The notes beneath the pieces are model-generated. The model was not told where the DNA came from, did no database searches, and saw only the letters and a program-made list of their open reading frames with translations. Below are positions 10,853 through 20,876 of a stretch of 64,000 bases of DNA, one piece after another. The stretch's first letter is position 1. Each line of letters starts with the position of its first letter. Source of the DNA: an uncultured Lachnospiraceae bacterium (GTDB lineage: Bacteria; Bacillota; Clostridia; Lachnospirales; Lachnospiraceae); NCBI GenBank assembly GCA_947624875.1, contig CANQMA010000001.1, positions 40,225 to 104,224 on the forward strand. The letters are read 5' to 3'. The translations under genes were made by a program, and so were the position numbers.

Positions 10853-10853
10853 A

Positions 10854-12260
10854 TTAATTCACCTGTTCTCCTATGTAATAAAATCCCTTTGCTTCTTTTA
10901 AGGAAACCTGTATGATTCTGCCGATGAGTTCTTTGTCACCGGGGAAATGTACCAGACAGTTATTGCTGAGTCTTCCGGTTACATAATGTTCCAGTTTCGC
11001 ATTTACTTCCTCAACCAAAACCGGTTGTGTAGTTTTTTCCAGCAATGTTGTCTTTTCTTTTGATATCTGATTCACTAAATTCAGCAGCCGTGAAAAACGT
11101 TCCTTGACGACGTCCTCCCCAATCTGGTTCTCCATTTCTGCTGCCGGAGTTCCGGAACGCTTGGAATAAATAAAGGTAAATGCAGAATCAAAACGAACCT
11201 TCTGAACAACATCAAGCGTATCCTGAAAATCTTCCTCTGTCTCTCCAGGAAATCCAACAATAATGTCGGTAGTAAGTCCAATATCGGGAATTGCGCTCCG
11301 GAGTTTTTCTACGAGCAGAAGATAATCTTCTTTTGTATATTTCCGATTCATTTTTTTAAGCAGCGAAGTGCTTCCGGACTGAATCGGCAAGTGCAGATGT
11401 TTACAGATTTTTTTAGATTCTGCCATCGTGGCAATCAATTCATCCGACAAATCTTTCGGATGAGACGTCATAAACCGGATTCTTTCAATCCCATCCACTT
11501 CTTCCACTCTCTTCAAAAGCCGGGCAAATGAAATCGGATGTTCAAGCGTTTTCCCATAAGAGTTTACATTTTGTCCAAGAAGCATGACTTCAACTACGCC
11601 ATCTGCGGCAAGCGCTTCCACTTCCCTGATAATATCTTCCGGGTTTCGGCTGCGTTCCCGTCCACGCACATATGGGACAATACAATAGCTGCAAAAATTG
11701 TTGCAGCCATACATAATATTTACGCCGGATTTAAAATGATATTTTCTTACAGAAGGCAGTTCTTCTACAATTTCTGAAGTTTCTTCCCAGATACTTTCAA
11801 CTTTGTGGCCGCTCATCAATCGCTCGTAAAGGAGCTGCGCAAATAGAAAAATATTGTGCGTACCAAAAATTAAGTCAATAAACTTGTAACTTTTATTTAA
11901 TTTATCAACCACATGGGCTTCCTGCATCATGCAGCCGCATAAACCGATGATCATCGCCGGATTTTTTTCTTTGATTTTAGAAAGATATCCCAGGCGTCCG
12001 TAAATTTTTAAATTTGCATTTTCGCGCACCGTACATGTATTATACAGTACGAGATCTGCGTGTTCATCCTCTGTCTGTTCATAACCGATTTCATTTAAAA
12101 TGCCAATCAGTTTTTCAGAATCCTTGAAATTCATCTGGCAGCCAAACGTGACGACGCAGGCAGTCAGTTTCCGTCCGTACTGCTGCTCCTTTGCAAGAAT
12201 CAATGCGCGGCATTGTTCGATATAATATTGTTGTTTTTCTGATTCGCTTGTAAATTCCAT
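10854..12260 (-). CDS. miaB: tRNA-2-methylthio-i6A37 methylthiotransferase
   Basis: TFGCQMN, NTCTVRE, radical SAM CNNFCSYC, TRAM domain. Confidence 0.96.
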   Translation of the reverse strand: MEFTSESEKQQYYIEQCRALILAKEQQYGRKLTACVVTFGCQMNFKDSEKLIGILNEIGYEQTEDEHADLVLYNTCTVRENANLKIYGRLGYLSKIKEKNPAMIIGLCGCMMQEAHVVDKLNKSYKFIDLIFGTHNIFLFAQLLYERLMSGHKVESIWEETSEIVEELPSVRKYHFKSGVNIMYGCNNFCSYCIVPYVRGRERSRNPEDIIREVEALAADGVVEVMLLGQNVNSYGKTLEHPISFARLLKRVEEVDGIERIRFMTSHPKDLSDELIATMAESKKICKHLHLPIQSGSTSLLKKMNRKYTKEDYLLLVEKLRSAIPDIGLTTDIIVGFPGETEEDFQDTLDVVQKVRFDSAFTFIYSKRSGTPAAEMENQIGEDVVKERFSRLLNLVNQISKEKTTLLEKTTQPVLVEEVNAKLEHYVTGRLSNNCLVHFPGDKELIGRIIQVSLKEAKGFYYIGEQVN

Positions 12261-12268
12261 GAATACTC

Positions 12269-12802
12269 CTAACGGTCTGTTACAATTTCAGATAATTTCT
12301 GATCAAAATGTTCAACCGGCAGCTCATCAATAATCTGAAACCCATATCCGACACCAATCGAATAAGCATCATGCGCTGAAAGAAAACGGTCATAAAATCC
12401 GCCTCCATATCCCAATCGGAATCCGTCTTTTGAGAATGCGACACCCGGAACCAAAATCAGGTCGGGATTTGGAGCCTTTTTACAAGTACTCCCGGGCTCA
12501 TAAATACCAAAAGCGCCGATTTCCAGATCACCCGGATGACGAATCGTGAAAAAATCAATTCTTTCCCCATGAACTTTTGGCAGTGCCAAGATTTTATGTT
12601 CAGAAAACGCATGCAGAAATAATTCATCCAGTTTTATTTCATTCTTGATACTTGAATATGCATAAATCACAGACGCGTCCTGATAGCATGGGTGAACCAG
12701 CAGCTGCTGTACGATTTTTTTACTGGCCTTGTCGACTTCTTCCTTCGACAACGTCATTCTCGTCGCAATCATACGCTTTCTGAGTTCTTTTTTAAGAACC
12801 AT
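12269..12802 (-). CDS. 5-formyltetrahydrofolate cyclo-ligase
   Basis: VPGVAF...RLGYGGGFYDRFL motif. Confidence 0.95.
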   Translation of the reverse strand: MVLKKELRKRMIATRMTLSKEEVDKASKKIVQQLLVHPCYQDASVIYAYSSIKNEIKLDELFLHAFSEHKILALPKVHGERIDFFTIRHPGDLEIGAFGIYEPGSTCKKAPNPDLILVPGVAFSKDGFRLGYGGGFYDRFLSAHDAYSIGVGYGFQIIDELPVEHFDQKLSEIVTDR

Positions 12803-13007
12803 AGGAATGTCCTTCCGGTGTCGATTTCGTGTTGGAGCTGTCCGAATTTTGAATTACCTGATTGAGGGAAGAAGATAAATTGTTGATAATAGACATTCGA
12901 TATTCTGTGCGCAGAGCCTTCTGCTCTGTAAGTTCCTCTTCAGTCAAACCTTCTTTTTTGGATTTGTGATAAAGCTCATTGATTCGGTTGATTTTATTTT
13001 GATCCAT
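12792..13007 (-). CDS. DUF896 (YnzC-like) small protein
   Basis: INRINELYHKSKKEGLTEEE..EQKALRTEY signature. Confidence 0.9.
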   Translation of the reverse strand: MDQNKINRINELYHKSKKEGLTEEELTEQKALRTEYRMSIINNLSSSLNQVIQNSDSSNTKSTPEGHSYGS

Positions 13008-13016
13008 ACTGCTCCT

Positions 13017-14204
13017 TTACTTTAAAAAGATAAAAGTCGTTTCCCGATTTGAGGATACCGCGCCTAAATACTCGCCGTTTTCCTGCAAAATAATTTTTTT
13101 GGATGGGAATTTGTTGATATTCACAAACTGTTTCTCTTTTCCAAAAATATTTTTTTCAGTCGATGTGGAAATAATCGTAGTATTGTTGATATATTGAATG
13201 TGGAAATCCTCCGGGTAAGTTGCCGTTATTTCATCTGTTACTAAATTTAAAAACTGGGTGCTGTCCATATTGATAGTCATCATATAGGGAATACCATCAA
13301 TGACCGTTGCATTTTTTAATAAGGACTCGTGCAGGGAAGTATTGTTAATACACGTATATGACTCTTTCGATTCCAGATTATAAAAGATAATATTTTCTTC
13401 ATTGCTGTTATAATCATATTTGGAATAAATCAAATAGTTTTCTATAATTTTCGCATCAATGATCGTGGCGTCGAAAAAAGTCTGGTCAATTGAATTCATC
13501 ACAATATTCTGACGTTCCAGCTGCAGGTCACTGATAAACTGTTGAATATTCAATAAATAAATCGATTCCAAAGAAACGCTTTCTTTGTCCAGCTTGTCAT
13601 GGTTTCCTTTTTCAAAAAGAGAAAATCCGGTTTTGACAATGCAGTTGTTTTCATTGTACGGCAGCATATAGTCAATCCCATTCTGCGTTAAATTTTCATC
13701 TTCAATTTCAATCTTTTTGTTTTTCATAAAGTTGATCAAAAGAATCTTTTTCTTCGCCAACTGTTCATCCGGGTAATCTCCTGTCGTCCGTAAAATAGAC
13801 CGCTGCAGAATCAGATTCGAATCATCTAAAACAAAAATCTTTAACTGCTTATTTTTTACATAATCCCTGATATCATCTTTGATGGACAAAACTCTGGTAC
13901 TGGTATGATCTACAATATTATATCGGATAATATAAAAAATATATCCTTCCATCGGATGCTTTTCATATTCTGTGAAATAGATATAATCAGAATCATGCTG
14001 GGCATTTGTAATCTGGAAGATATCCACTTTGTCACTATGTGGAATCACTTCTTTACGGACATTTTCTTCCAAATAATAAAGGAAATAGCGAACTTTCCGG
14101 ATGTTTGGAAAATCGCCTTCAATATATTCCTTTTCCAAAATAATATCTTCCTTGAGATGAATACAATTAAAATATTCTGCTTGTGCAAGAAATCGTATAT
14201 TCAT
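13017..14204 (-). CDS. Hypothetical protein (~395 aa)
   Basis: Long ORF; AGGAG RBS precedes ATG at 14204 (ORF extends to 14270); no family recognised. Confidence 0.75.
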   Translation of the reverse strand: MNIRFLAQAEYFNCIHLKEDIILEKEYIEGDFPNIRKVRYFLYYLEENVRKEVIPHSDKVDIFQITNAQHDSDYIYFTEYEKHPMEGYIFYIIRYNIVDHTSTRVLSIKDDIRDYVKNKQLKIFVLDDSNLILQRSILRTTGDYPDEQLAKKKILLINFMKNKKIEIEDENLTQNGIDYMLPYNENNCIVKTGFSLFEKGNHDKLDKESVSLESIYLLNIQQFISDLQLERQNIVMNSIDQTFFDATIIDAKIIENYLIYSKYDYNSNEENIIFYNLESKESYTCINNTSLHESLLKNATVIDGIPYMMTINMDSTQFLNLVTDEITATYPEDFHIQYINNTTIISTSTEKNIFGKEKQFVNINKFPSKKIILQENGEYLGAVSSNRETTFIFLK

Positions 14205-14354
14205 ATTTTTTCTCCTGATTTTCATTAAAATACATCTTATAATAATACTACAAATCGGCTGAAAAGTCATTATTTTATCAAAAAAACTAAAAACCGGAAG
14301 GATATGATTTTGTGCGCCGGCTTACCCGATTCTTAGAGATATAAAAAGCCCAAT

Positions 14355-15947
14355 CTATGACTGAGCTTGAAACGGCGCATACTGGCTGCTGATATATTCA
14401 AAGATTTTCATTCCATCGATTGCCGCAGAGGTGATTCCGCCGGCATATCCTGCACCCTCTCCCGCCGGAAACAGTCCACGGATGTTGGACTGATACTGCT
14501 CATCCCGTACAATCCGAACCGGTGATGATGTGCGGCTTTCCACTGCGGAGAGCAGAGTGTCCGGATGGTCAAATCCTTTAATGGACATGCCAAAATGAGA
14601 AATGCCTTCCTGCATGGCACGACATAAATACTCCGGAAAAATCTCATGCATATCAGACATCGTGACTGCGCCTTTATGAACAGGACGGACAATTCCAAAC
14701 TTTGTTGTCTTTTTCTTTGCCACAAAATCTCCATAGGTCTGGATCGGAACTGCGCCCTTTCCTGCAATATAAGCCTTTTCCTCCAGCATTCTCTGCAGGG
14801 TGATTCCTGCCAGCGGATGTTCGCCTGGGAAATCATCCGGCGTTATCGTAACGACAATGGCGCTGTTTGCATTCTCAGCATCTCTTTTCTGATTGCTCAT
14901 GCCATTAATGCAGAGTTTTCCATCTTCTGAAGAAGAATTTACGACATATCCTCCGGGACACATACAAAAAGAATACACTCCCCGGTTTTCTTTCGTTTTA
15001 TAGGTTAATTTGTAAGACGCGGCGCCCAGCCTGTCGTCTTCAAATCCATATTGAGATTTGTTAATCTCCCGTTGAAGATGTTCCACTCTGACGCCCACTG
15101 CGAATGGCTTCTGTTCCATGGAAACACCCTGATCGTAAAGTGTTTTCAAGGTGTCGCGCGCACTGTGTCCAATCGCTAAAATACAATGATTCGTATTGAT
15201 TTTTTTCTTATGATTGATAAATACACCGGTGATTTTTCCATTTTCAATGACAAAATCCGTCACTTTTGCATTGAAATAAAATGTACCGCCCCTCTTTATG
15301 ATTTCCTCACGCATATTTCTGACAATTTTACAGAGATAATCTGTTCCGATGTGCGGCTTCGCATCATAAAGAATGTTTTCTTTCGCTCCAAATTTGACAA
15401 ACGTCTCTAACAAAAATGAAATCCGATGATTTTTATCTTTAATTCCTGTGTTTAACTTGCCGTCTGAAAAAGTACCGGCGCCGCCTTCTCCAAATTGAAC
15501 GTTGGAGTCCGGATTTAGCGTTCCCTCCTGCCAAAACCGGGAAACGTCATCCATACGCTCTTCTACTGCGCGGCCGCGTTCCAAAATGATTGGAGCGTAT
15601 CCGTTTATGGCAAGCAGATATCCGCAAAACAGCCCGGCAGGGCCGCTTCCAACAATGATCGGTGGATATTTCATCTTCTTTTCGCCAGTAACCGGATAAG
15701 AATAATGCGGTTCTTTGTCAAGCACCTCAACATTTTTTCTGTGCAGATGGTATCCGTCAACCACAAGTCCGACAGACCACAAAATTTGAATGGAATCTTT
15801 GCGCCGCGCGTCAATAGACTTTTTTATAATCTTTGCGCGAATCAACTGATTTTGTGTCAAACCTGCCTTCTTCAGCGCCTGTCTGATGGCAGTTTCCTCG
15901 TTGTCCTCCATATTCAATTTAATATTGGTAACTCTTAGATATTTCAT
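14355..15947 (-). CDS. FAD-dependent oxidoreductase (uncharacterised family)
   Basis: GSGPAGLF, QFGEGGAGTFSDGKL, FCMCPGG, GEGAGYAGGITSAA. Confidence 0.92.
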   Translation of the reverse strand: MKYLRVTNIKLNMEDNEETAIRQALKKAGLTQNQLIRAKIIKKSIDARRKDSIQILWSVGLVVDGYHLHRKNVEVLDKEPHYSYPVTGEKKMKYPPIIVGSGPAGLFCGYLLAINGYAPIILERGRAVEERMDDVSRFWQEGTLNPDSNVQFGEGGAGTFSDGKLNTGIKDKNHRISFLLETFVKFGAKENILYDAKPHIGTDYLCKIVRNMREEIIKRGGTFYFNAKVTDFVIENGKITGVFINHKKKINTNHCILAIGHSARDTLKTLYDQGVSMEQKPFAVGVRVEHLQREINKSQYGFEDDRLGAASYKLTYKTKENRGVYSFCMCPGGYVVNSSSEDGKLCINGMSNQKRDAENANSAIVVTITPDDFPGEHPLAGITLQRMLEEKAYIAGKGAVPIQTYGDFVAKKKTTKFGIVRPVHKGAVTMSDMHEIFPEYLCRAMQEGISHFGMSIKGFDHPDTLLSAVESRTSSPVRIVRDEQYQSNIRGLFPAGEGAGYAGGITSAAIDGMKIFEYISSQYAPFQAQS

Positions 15948-17155
15948 TGACTACTGTTCTTTCCTGCCAGATGTCCGCTCGACCATGCCCACTGCAGATT
16001 ATAACCGCCGCAGAGGCCGTCCACATCCAGTATTTCTCCACAAAAGTAAATGCCCGGACACAGCTTCGACTGCATAGAGGTTTTGTCGATATCATCCAGC
16101 AGCACTCCGCCCTGTGTGATTTGGGCCTGAGAAAAATTTCTTCTCTGTTCCACGCGTACCGGATAATGCTTTAAAATTGAAAAAAGTTTTCGGAGAAGTT
16201 CTATGGTCGAATCGGCTCCCAAAAGATTCTTGGGAATCTCTGCCTCTTCAAACAGTACTCCCAGAAGTTTTTCGTCAAACATCCCGGAAAGCGTCTTAAA
16301 CAAAGTGCGTTGTTTATTATATGTTTTAATATTGTAATCGAGTTCCCCTAGAAAATTATCTGCATCTTCTGACAGATCAGGCGCAAAATCAAGGAAAATC
16401 GTCTGTCCCGGATCCAGGTTCCTGCTCAGGTTAAAAATCGGAATCCCCGACAATCCATAACCGGTAATTTGCACTTCTCCCCGTTCTGCTAACAATGATT
16501 CCGTCTGCACCAGCGCCTGAATTCGAACGCCTGCCGCCTTATTTAACCGGTCTTTCGCGACAATACCGGTCAAAGCCGGTTTGAGTTCACTGACGGTATG
16601 GCCAAACTGTCTGGCAATATCATAACCGGTCATTCCATCCGCAATTTCATAATGTCCACCGGAAGCGATAATCAGTCTTTGACATTCATGCAATACTCCT
16701 GTCAGGACGGCAAATCCATCTTTCGTTTTTTGGACTTGTTTTACTGTATTATTGTTTTTTATAATCACACCAAGCTGCTGTGCATACTGGATTAACGCAT
16801 TTGTAACAGAAACCGCCTGATTGCTGTATGGATAATATCCGCCGTAATTTTTTTCACAATATGTAAGGACGCCTATTTTTTTAAAAAACTCCAGCGTTTC
16901 TTCTAATCCGAAGGAATCCAAAACCGTTTGAATCACATCGGGATTTCCAAACAGTTTTTTACGATCATTGTTTGAAATGTTTTGATTTCTTCGAAAATAA
17001 ACGTTAGACAGATTACATTTTCCATTTCCGGTAATAGATAATTTTTTTCCGGCTTTTTCCTGTTGTTCCAGCACAACAACAGAAGCTCCCTCTTCTGCCG
17101 CTGAGATTGCAGCCATCAGGCCAGAAGCTCCTGCCCCTATCACAATTACGTTCAT
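15944..17155 (-). CDS. HI0933/YhiN-family flavoprotein
   Basis: GAGASG, GKKLSITGNGKCNLSN, GEILDVDGLCGGYNLQWAWSSG. Confidence 0.93.
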   Translation of the reverse strand: MNVIVIGAGASGLMAAISAAEEGASVVVLEQQEKAGKKLSITGNGKCNLSNVYFRRNQNISNNDRKKLFGNPDVIQTVLDSFGLEETLEFFKKIGVLTYCEKNYGGYYPYSNQAVSVTNALIQYAQQLGVIIKNNNTVKQVQKTKDGFAVLTGVLHECQRLIIASGGHYEIADGMTGYDIARQFGHTVSELKPALTGIVAKDRLNKAAGVRIQALVQTESLLAERGEVQITGYGLSGIPIFNLSRNLDPGQTIFLDFAPDLSEDADNFLGELDYNIKTYNKQRTLFKTLSGMFDEKLLGVLFEEAEIPKNLLGADSTIELLRKLFSILKHYPVRVEQRRNFSQAQITQGGVLLDDIDKTSMQSKLCPGIYFCGEILDVDGLCGGYNLQWAWSSGHLAGKNSSQ

Positions 17156-17169
17156 AGTTTCTCCTTACA

Positions 17170-17511
17170 TCAACTGGTATGCGACTGTAAAAATTTAAAT
17201 AACTTGTCGATATCTTCCATGTAAATTCCCGTCTTTAAGAGTTTTTGATCCCGCGCAGAACAGTCCGAAGAATGAATATCCGTTTCCGCAATCAGATTTT
17301 TCTTGTTTTCCCCATAGATGACAATGACATCATTTTCCAGTTTCAGCCAGTATCCGGTAACGGATTCCGCCTCAGAGTTTGTTTCTGCCGTCTTTACATT
17401 GGTTGCAGTGGCTGGAGGATCTTGAAACGCCATTTTTCTTCCGACAAAAAAGGAAATCATCAGTCCTGCAGCGATTACAATACTATAAAAAATATATGCT
17501 CTTCTTTTCAT
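17170..17511 (-). CDS. Membrane-anchored BofC C-terminal-domain-like protein
   Basis: GGAGG RBS; N-terminal TM; YWLKLENDVIVIY...TDI...LKTGIY...FLQSHTS pattern resembles BofC-C. Confidence 0.7.
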   Translation of the reverse strand: MKRRAYIFYSIVIAAGLMISFFVGRKMAFQDPPATATNVKTAETNSEAESVTGYWLKLENDVIVIYGENKKNLIAETDIHSSDCSARDQKLLKTGIYMEDIDKLFKFLQSHTS

Positions 17512-17600
17512 ATTCTCCTCCTTGGGAGACAAACATTTCATTGCATCAAATGTTTGTCAAAGATTATGCATATATTTTTTACAAATTTTAGAAATCTATA

Positions 17601-19271
17601 CTATAATAAATGGATTTTTTTACAAATTTTCACAAGAACACTGCCTTTTGGAATAGACAATAATTCCTCTGCTGTCAGCGTGCCGGTTTTAATCAGAACC
17701 ATTCCATAGATGACCACAGCGCATCCAATAGACAACAGCACCGCTATTGAATTCGGCAAAAACAGCAGGAACACAAACCGGTATATGAGATATACGGCGC
17801 CGCCCATGATTACTGCACATAAGCCGGGTTTCAAAAAGATATTCATCATATCCTGATGATAATCCATATATTTTCTAATTGAATAAGCGTTTAAAATGGA
17901 TACTGTCAATCCAAATAAAATGTCGCCGATCACTACTGCATAAATATTCATGTGAAAAACAAGCATTAAAATCGGAAGTAAAATCACATGAAGAATAAGA
18001 GATATTGCAGAGTTTTTGATAGGGACTTTCAACCGGTCAATTCCTTGAAGAATCGCATTGCTGATGGTGGAAAGCGAAAATGCCACCACCGTCAACACGC
18101 TAAACAGCATCATTTTTGAGATATGAATGCTCTGGTCGCCAAACAGCAGCCCGTTAATCGGACCGCCGAGAACCGATAAGCCAATTCCACAAGGAAACGC
18201 AATCATCATCGAAAACTTCAGCGCCAGCGTGATTTTACTCCGCACTACATCTTTGTCATTTGCAATAAATGAGCGGACTAATGATGGAACAATCGCCGTT
18301 GACAGCGCCGCGGCAATTGCAATCGGCATAGTCGTCAGCACACGGTATTTCTGGCTGTACATCCCCCAGGAAGCGGACATCCACTGCCGATCTATATGGA
18401 GTATCGATACGCTGATATTTTTAAAAATCGGGTTGTCAAGCAGATTGCTGATATTGTAAATTGTTGTACTGATCAAAACAGGAGTCACCGTAAAAACAAT
18501 ACTTTTTGTGATCGTCGAATAAGAATCCGTCCTGCCTGTACAATCGGTCTGCATCTGCAATTTGATTGAGCCGTTTTTTCTGAAAAAGAAGAAAATCATA
18601 ATCAAAAGGGCGATGAGAGCTCCGGTAAAAGTACCCAGCGTACCACCCGCCGCAGACCATGACAACCGGAAGTTCTGCACCGGAATACCAGAGTCAGCTC
18701 GATTCATCTGAATCAGAGAAAGCGCATAGATTCCCAACTCGTAGGCTGCCAATACGCTCACCACTGCATTTGCAATCTGTTCAAATATCTGAGAAATTGC
18801 CGTCGGCACCATATTGCCCATTCCCTGAAAGTATCCCCGGAAAACTCCCAGCACGCACACAACCGTAATCGTTGGTGCCAAAACTTTCAGCGCTCTCGCT
18901 GCCGGTGGTGTTTTCAGCGCCGTCGCTGCAAGCCAGTCCGCGCCGAAAAAGGCAAAAGCACCAAAGAGGATTCCCAGAAACAATGCATAAAATAAAGCAC
19001 CTTTGAACACTTTATGCATATTTTTGTATTCTTTCTTTTCCAGTTTTTCGGAGACTATTTTTGAAACTGCTAACGGCATACTTTGGGAAGATAATAATAT
19101 TAATACATTGTAGATATCATACGCAGTCCCATAATAATCATTTCCCGTATCTCCTAAAATACGGGTTAAGGGAATCCGGTAAATCAGTCCGATAACACGA
19201 ACTAAAATACCTGCAAAAGCCAGAATACTCCCTTGGATTATAAAACTGTTTCTTTTCTCTTCATGTTTCAT
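17601..19271 (-). CDS. MOP-superfamily flippase (SpoVB/YtgP/MurJ-like)
   Basis: GLIYRIPL, RGYFQG, PTAISQIFEQ; many TM helices. Confidence 0.9.
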   Translation of the reverse strand: MKHEEKRNSFIIQGSILAFAGILVRVIGLIYRIPLTRILGDTGNDYYGTAYDIYNVLILLSSQSMPLAVSKIVSEKLEKKEYKNMHKVFKGALFYALFLGILFGAFAFFGADWLAATALKTPPAARALKVLAPTITVVCVLGVFRGYFQGMGNMVPTAISQIFEQIANAVVSVLAAYELGIYALSLIQMNRADSGIPVQNFRLSWSAAGGTLGTFTGALIALLIMIFFFFRKNGSIKLQMQTDCTGRTDSYSTITKSIVFTVTPVLISTTIYNISNLLDNPIFKNISVSILHIDRQWMSASWGMYSQKYRVLTTMPIAIAAALSTAIVPSLVRSFIANDKDVVRSKITLALKFSMMIAFPCGIGLSVLGGPINGLLFGDQSIHISKMMLFSVLTVVAFSLSTISNAILQGIDRLKVPIKNSAISLILHVILLPILMLVFHMNIYAVVIGDILFGLTVSILNAYSIRKYMDYHQDMMNIFLKPGLCAVIMGGAVYLIYRFVFLLFLPNSIAVLLSIGCAVVIYGMVLIKTGTLTAEELLSIPKGSVLVKICKKIHLL

Positions 19272-19283
19272 TCAAATGTCCCT

Positions 19284-20360
19284 TTATTTGCTGAATTTTA
19301 CATTGTCCGCATATTCGTTTTGCACAATACAGAACCATGTTTTTCCTGTATTCAATGTGATTTCTTCGCCGCTTTGATTATAATACTTGGTTTGTCCCAA
19401 ATCAGAATCTTTTTTCCATGTAATTTTCTGTGCCTTTCCTCTTGTGACAAACCAGCCGGAACCGGAACCGGTCAACGTCATGTTTAAACTTTTCCCGTCC
19501 GGATAGATTGTTGCATTGACGCATTGAATCACAATATTGGAACAATGAAGCTGTTTGTTATTTAAATCGTCAATATGTTTTTCACCATACTGAAAGCGGT
19601 AATACTGCCCGTCTTTCGCATGATATTCAAACCATGGATGATTAATCTGGTATCCCAGTTCTACTTTGTTTGCAACCCTGCCTTTTTCCAGCGTGATTGT
19701 TTCACCCGGTTTTGCAAACTGCATATGACCTTCATATTTTTTATCATATTCCGTTTTATATTTCATCGCTTTAATACCGGACTCCAGTGCGGCACCGGTC
19801 GCATAAAGATTATGCGGCGCAACTTTGCCGCTCTCCCGATAAAAAGAAGCTTCATGATTTAAAGAACTTACCGTATCCACAGCGCCGCTCTTTAAGAAAT
19901 CCAAAGCGTATTTTGACTGTCCAAAATGCACATAAATCGCATTCCACTCGTTTGCAAATTTCGGATAATACAATCGGCAGCTGCGAATAGAACCAATCCG
20001 TTTTAACTTTTCATAATCATCAAACACCGCCATCATTCGCGTGATTGCCCCTTCCACCGGCGCCTCATAAATAATCTGCGCATTGCTGATACCGGATTGC
20101 GGGACTGCATTGATTATATTATTGATCATGACTGCAATCGGCCGCTTTTGCGCCTGTTTTTTCGGAACATACTCGCCTGTCAGATAGCTGATTTTCTGCC
20201 CCTGATGAGAATCAGAGGTCTCCTCCTGTACAGCTGCTGTTGTCGTTTCCTGCGTTTCTGTTTTCTTTACCTCTCTGGAACAGCCGCATCCTGTCAGACC
20301 TCCGGCCATACAGATCAGTGTCACAATCGCAATTCCTCTTTGTAATACTTTCTTTCTCAT
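19284..20360 (-). CDS. DUF3048 (YerB-like) lipoprotein
   Basis: Lipobox LTGC; RPIAVMINN, YEAPVEGAITR, APHNLY. Confidence 0.88.
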   Translation of the reverse strand: MRKKVLQRGIAIVTLICMAGGLTGCGCSREVKKTETQETTTAAVQEETSDSHQGQKISYLTGEYVPKKQAQKRPIAVMINNIINAVPQSGISNAQIIYEAPVEGAITRMMAVFDDYEKLKRIGSIRSCRLYYPKFANEWNAIYVHFGQSKYALDFLKSGAVDTVSSLNHEASFYRESGKVAPHNLYATGAALESGIKAMKYKTEYDKKYEGHMQFAKPGETITLEKGRVANKVELGYQINHPWFEYHAKDGQYYRFQYGEKHIDDLNNKQLHCSNIVIQCVNATIYPDGKSLNMTLTGSGSGWFVTRGKAQKITWKKDSDLGQTKYYNQSGEEITLNTGKTWFCIVQNEYADNVKFSK

Positions 20361-20363
20361 AAA

Positions 20364-20876
20364 TTATCCTTTCATTTCATATTCTCTTGTGATTCCAAGA
20401 TTTTCTAATATATTTTCCTGCATGGATTCCATGCGTTGCCGTTCACTGTCTTCCATATGGTCATATCCAAATAAATGGAGCATACTGTGCGTCACCAGAA
20501 ACGCAAGCTCCCTCACCGGAGAATGACCATATTCTTCTGCTCCGGAAAGCACCTTGTCATAAGAAACGACAATATCTCCTAACATCAATTCTCCCGAAAC
20601 CGGATTAAAATTGGAAATATCCTCATCTAAATTAGAAAAATCCGCAGGTTTTTCATAGGAGATCATGGGAAACGACAAGACGTCCGTGGGCATGTCCACT
20701 TGGCGGTGTTGTAAATTCAACTGATGAATCTTTTGATTATCCACAATCGTGACATTGACCTCGCACGCGTATGGACACTGCACATCATCGACGGTTTTTT
20801 CAACGACCATTGTAATCACTTTGTCATAATCGGGAAACAGTTGTGTTTGGTATTCGTTTGATATAATGACGCTCAT
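20364..20876 (-). CDS. ybeY: rRNA maturation RNase YbeY
   Basis: PTDVLSFP, HSMLHLFGYDH. Confidence 0.96.
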   Translation of the reverse strand: MSVIISNEYQTQLFPDYDKVITMVVEKTVDDVQCPYACEVNVTIVDNQKIHQLNLQHRQVDMPTDVLSFPMISYEKPADFSNLDEDISNFNPVSGELMLGDIVVSYDKVLSGAEEYGHSPVRELAFLVTHSMLHLFGYDHMEDSERQRMESMQENILENLGITREYEMKG

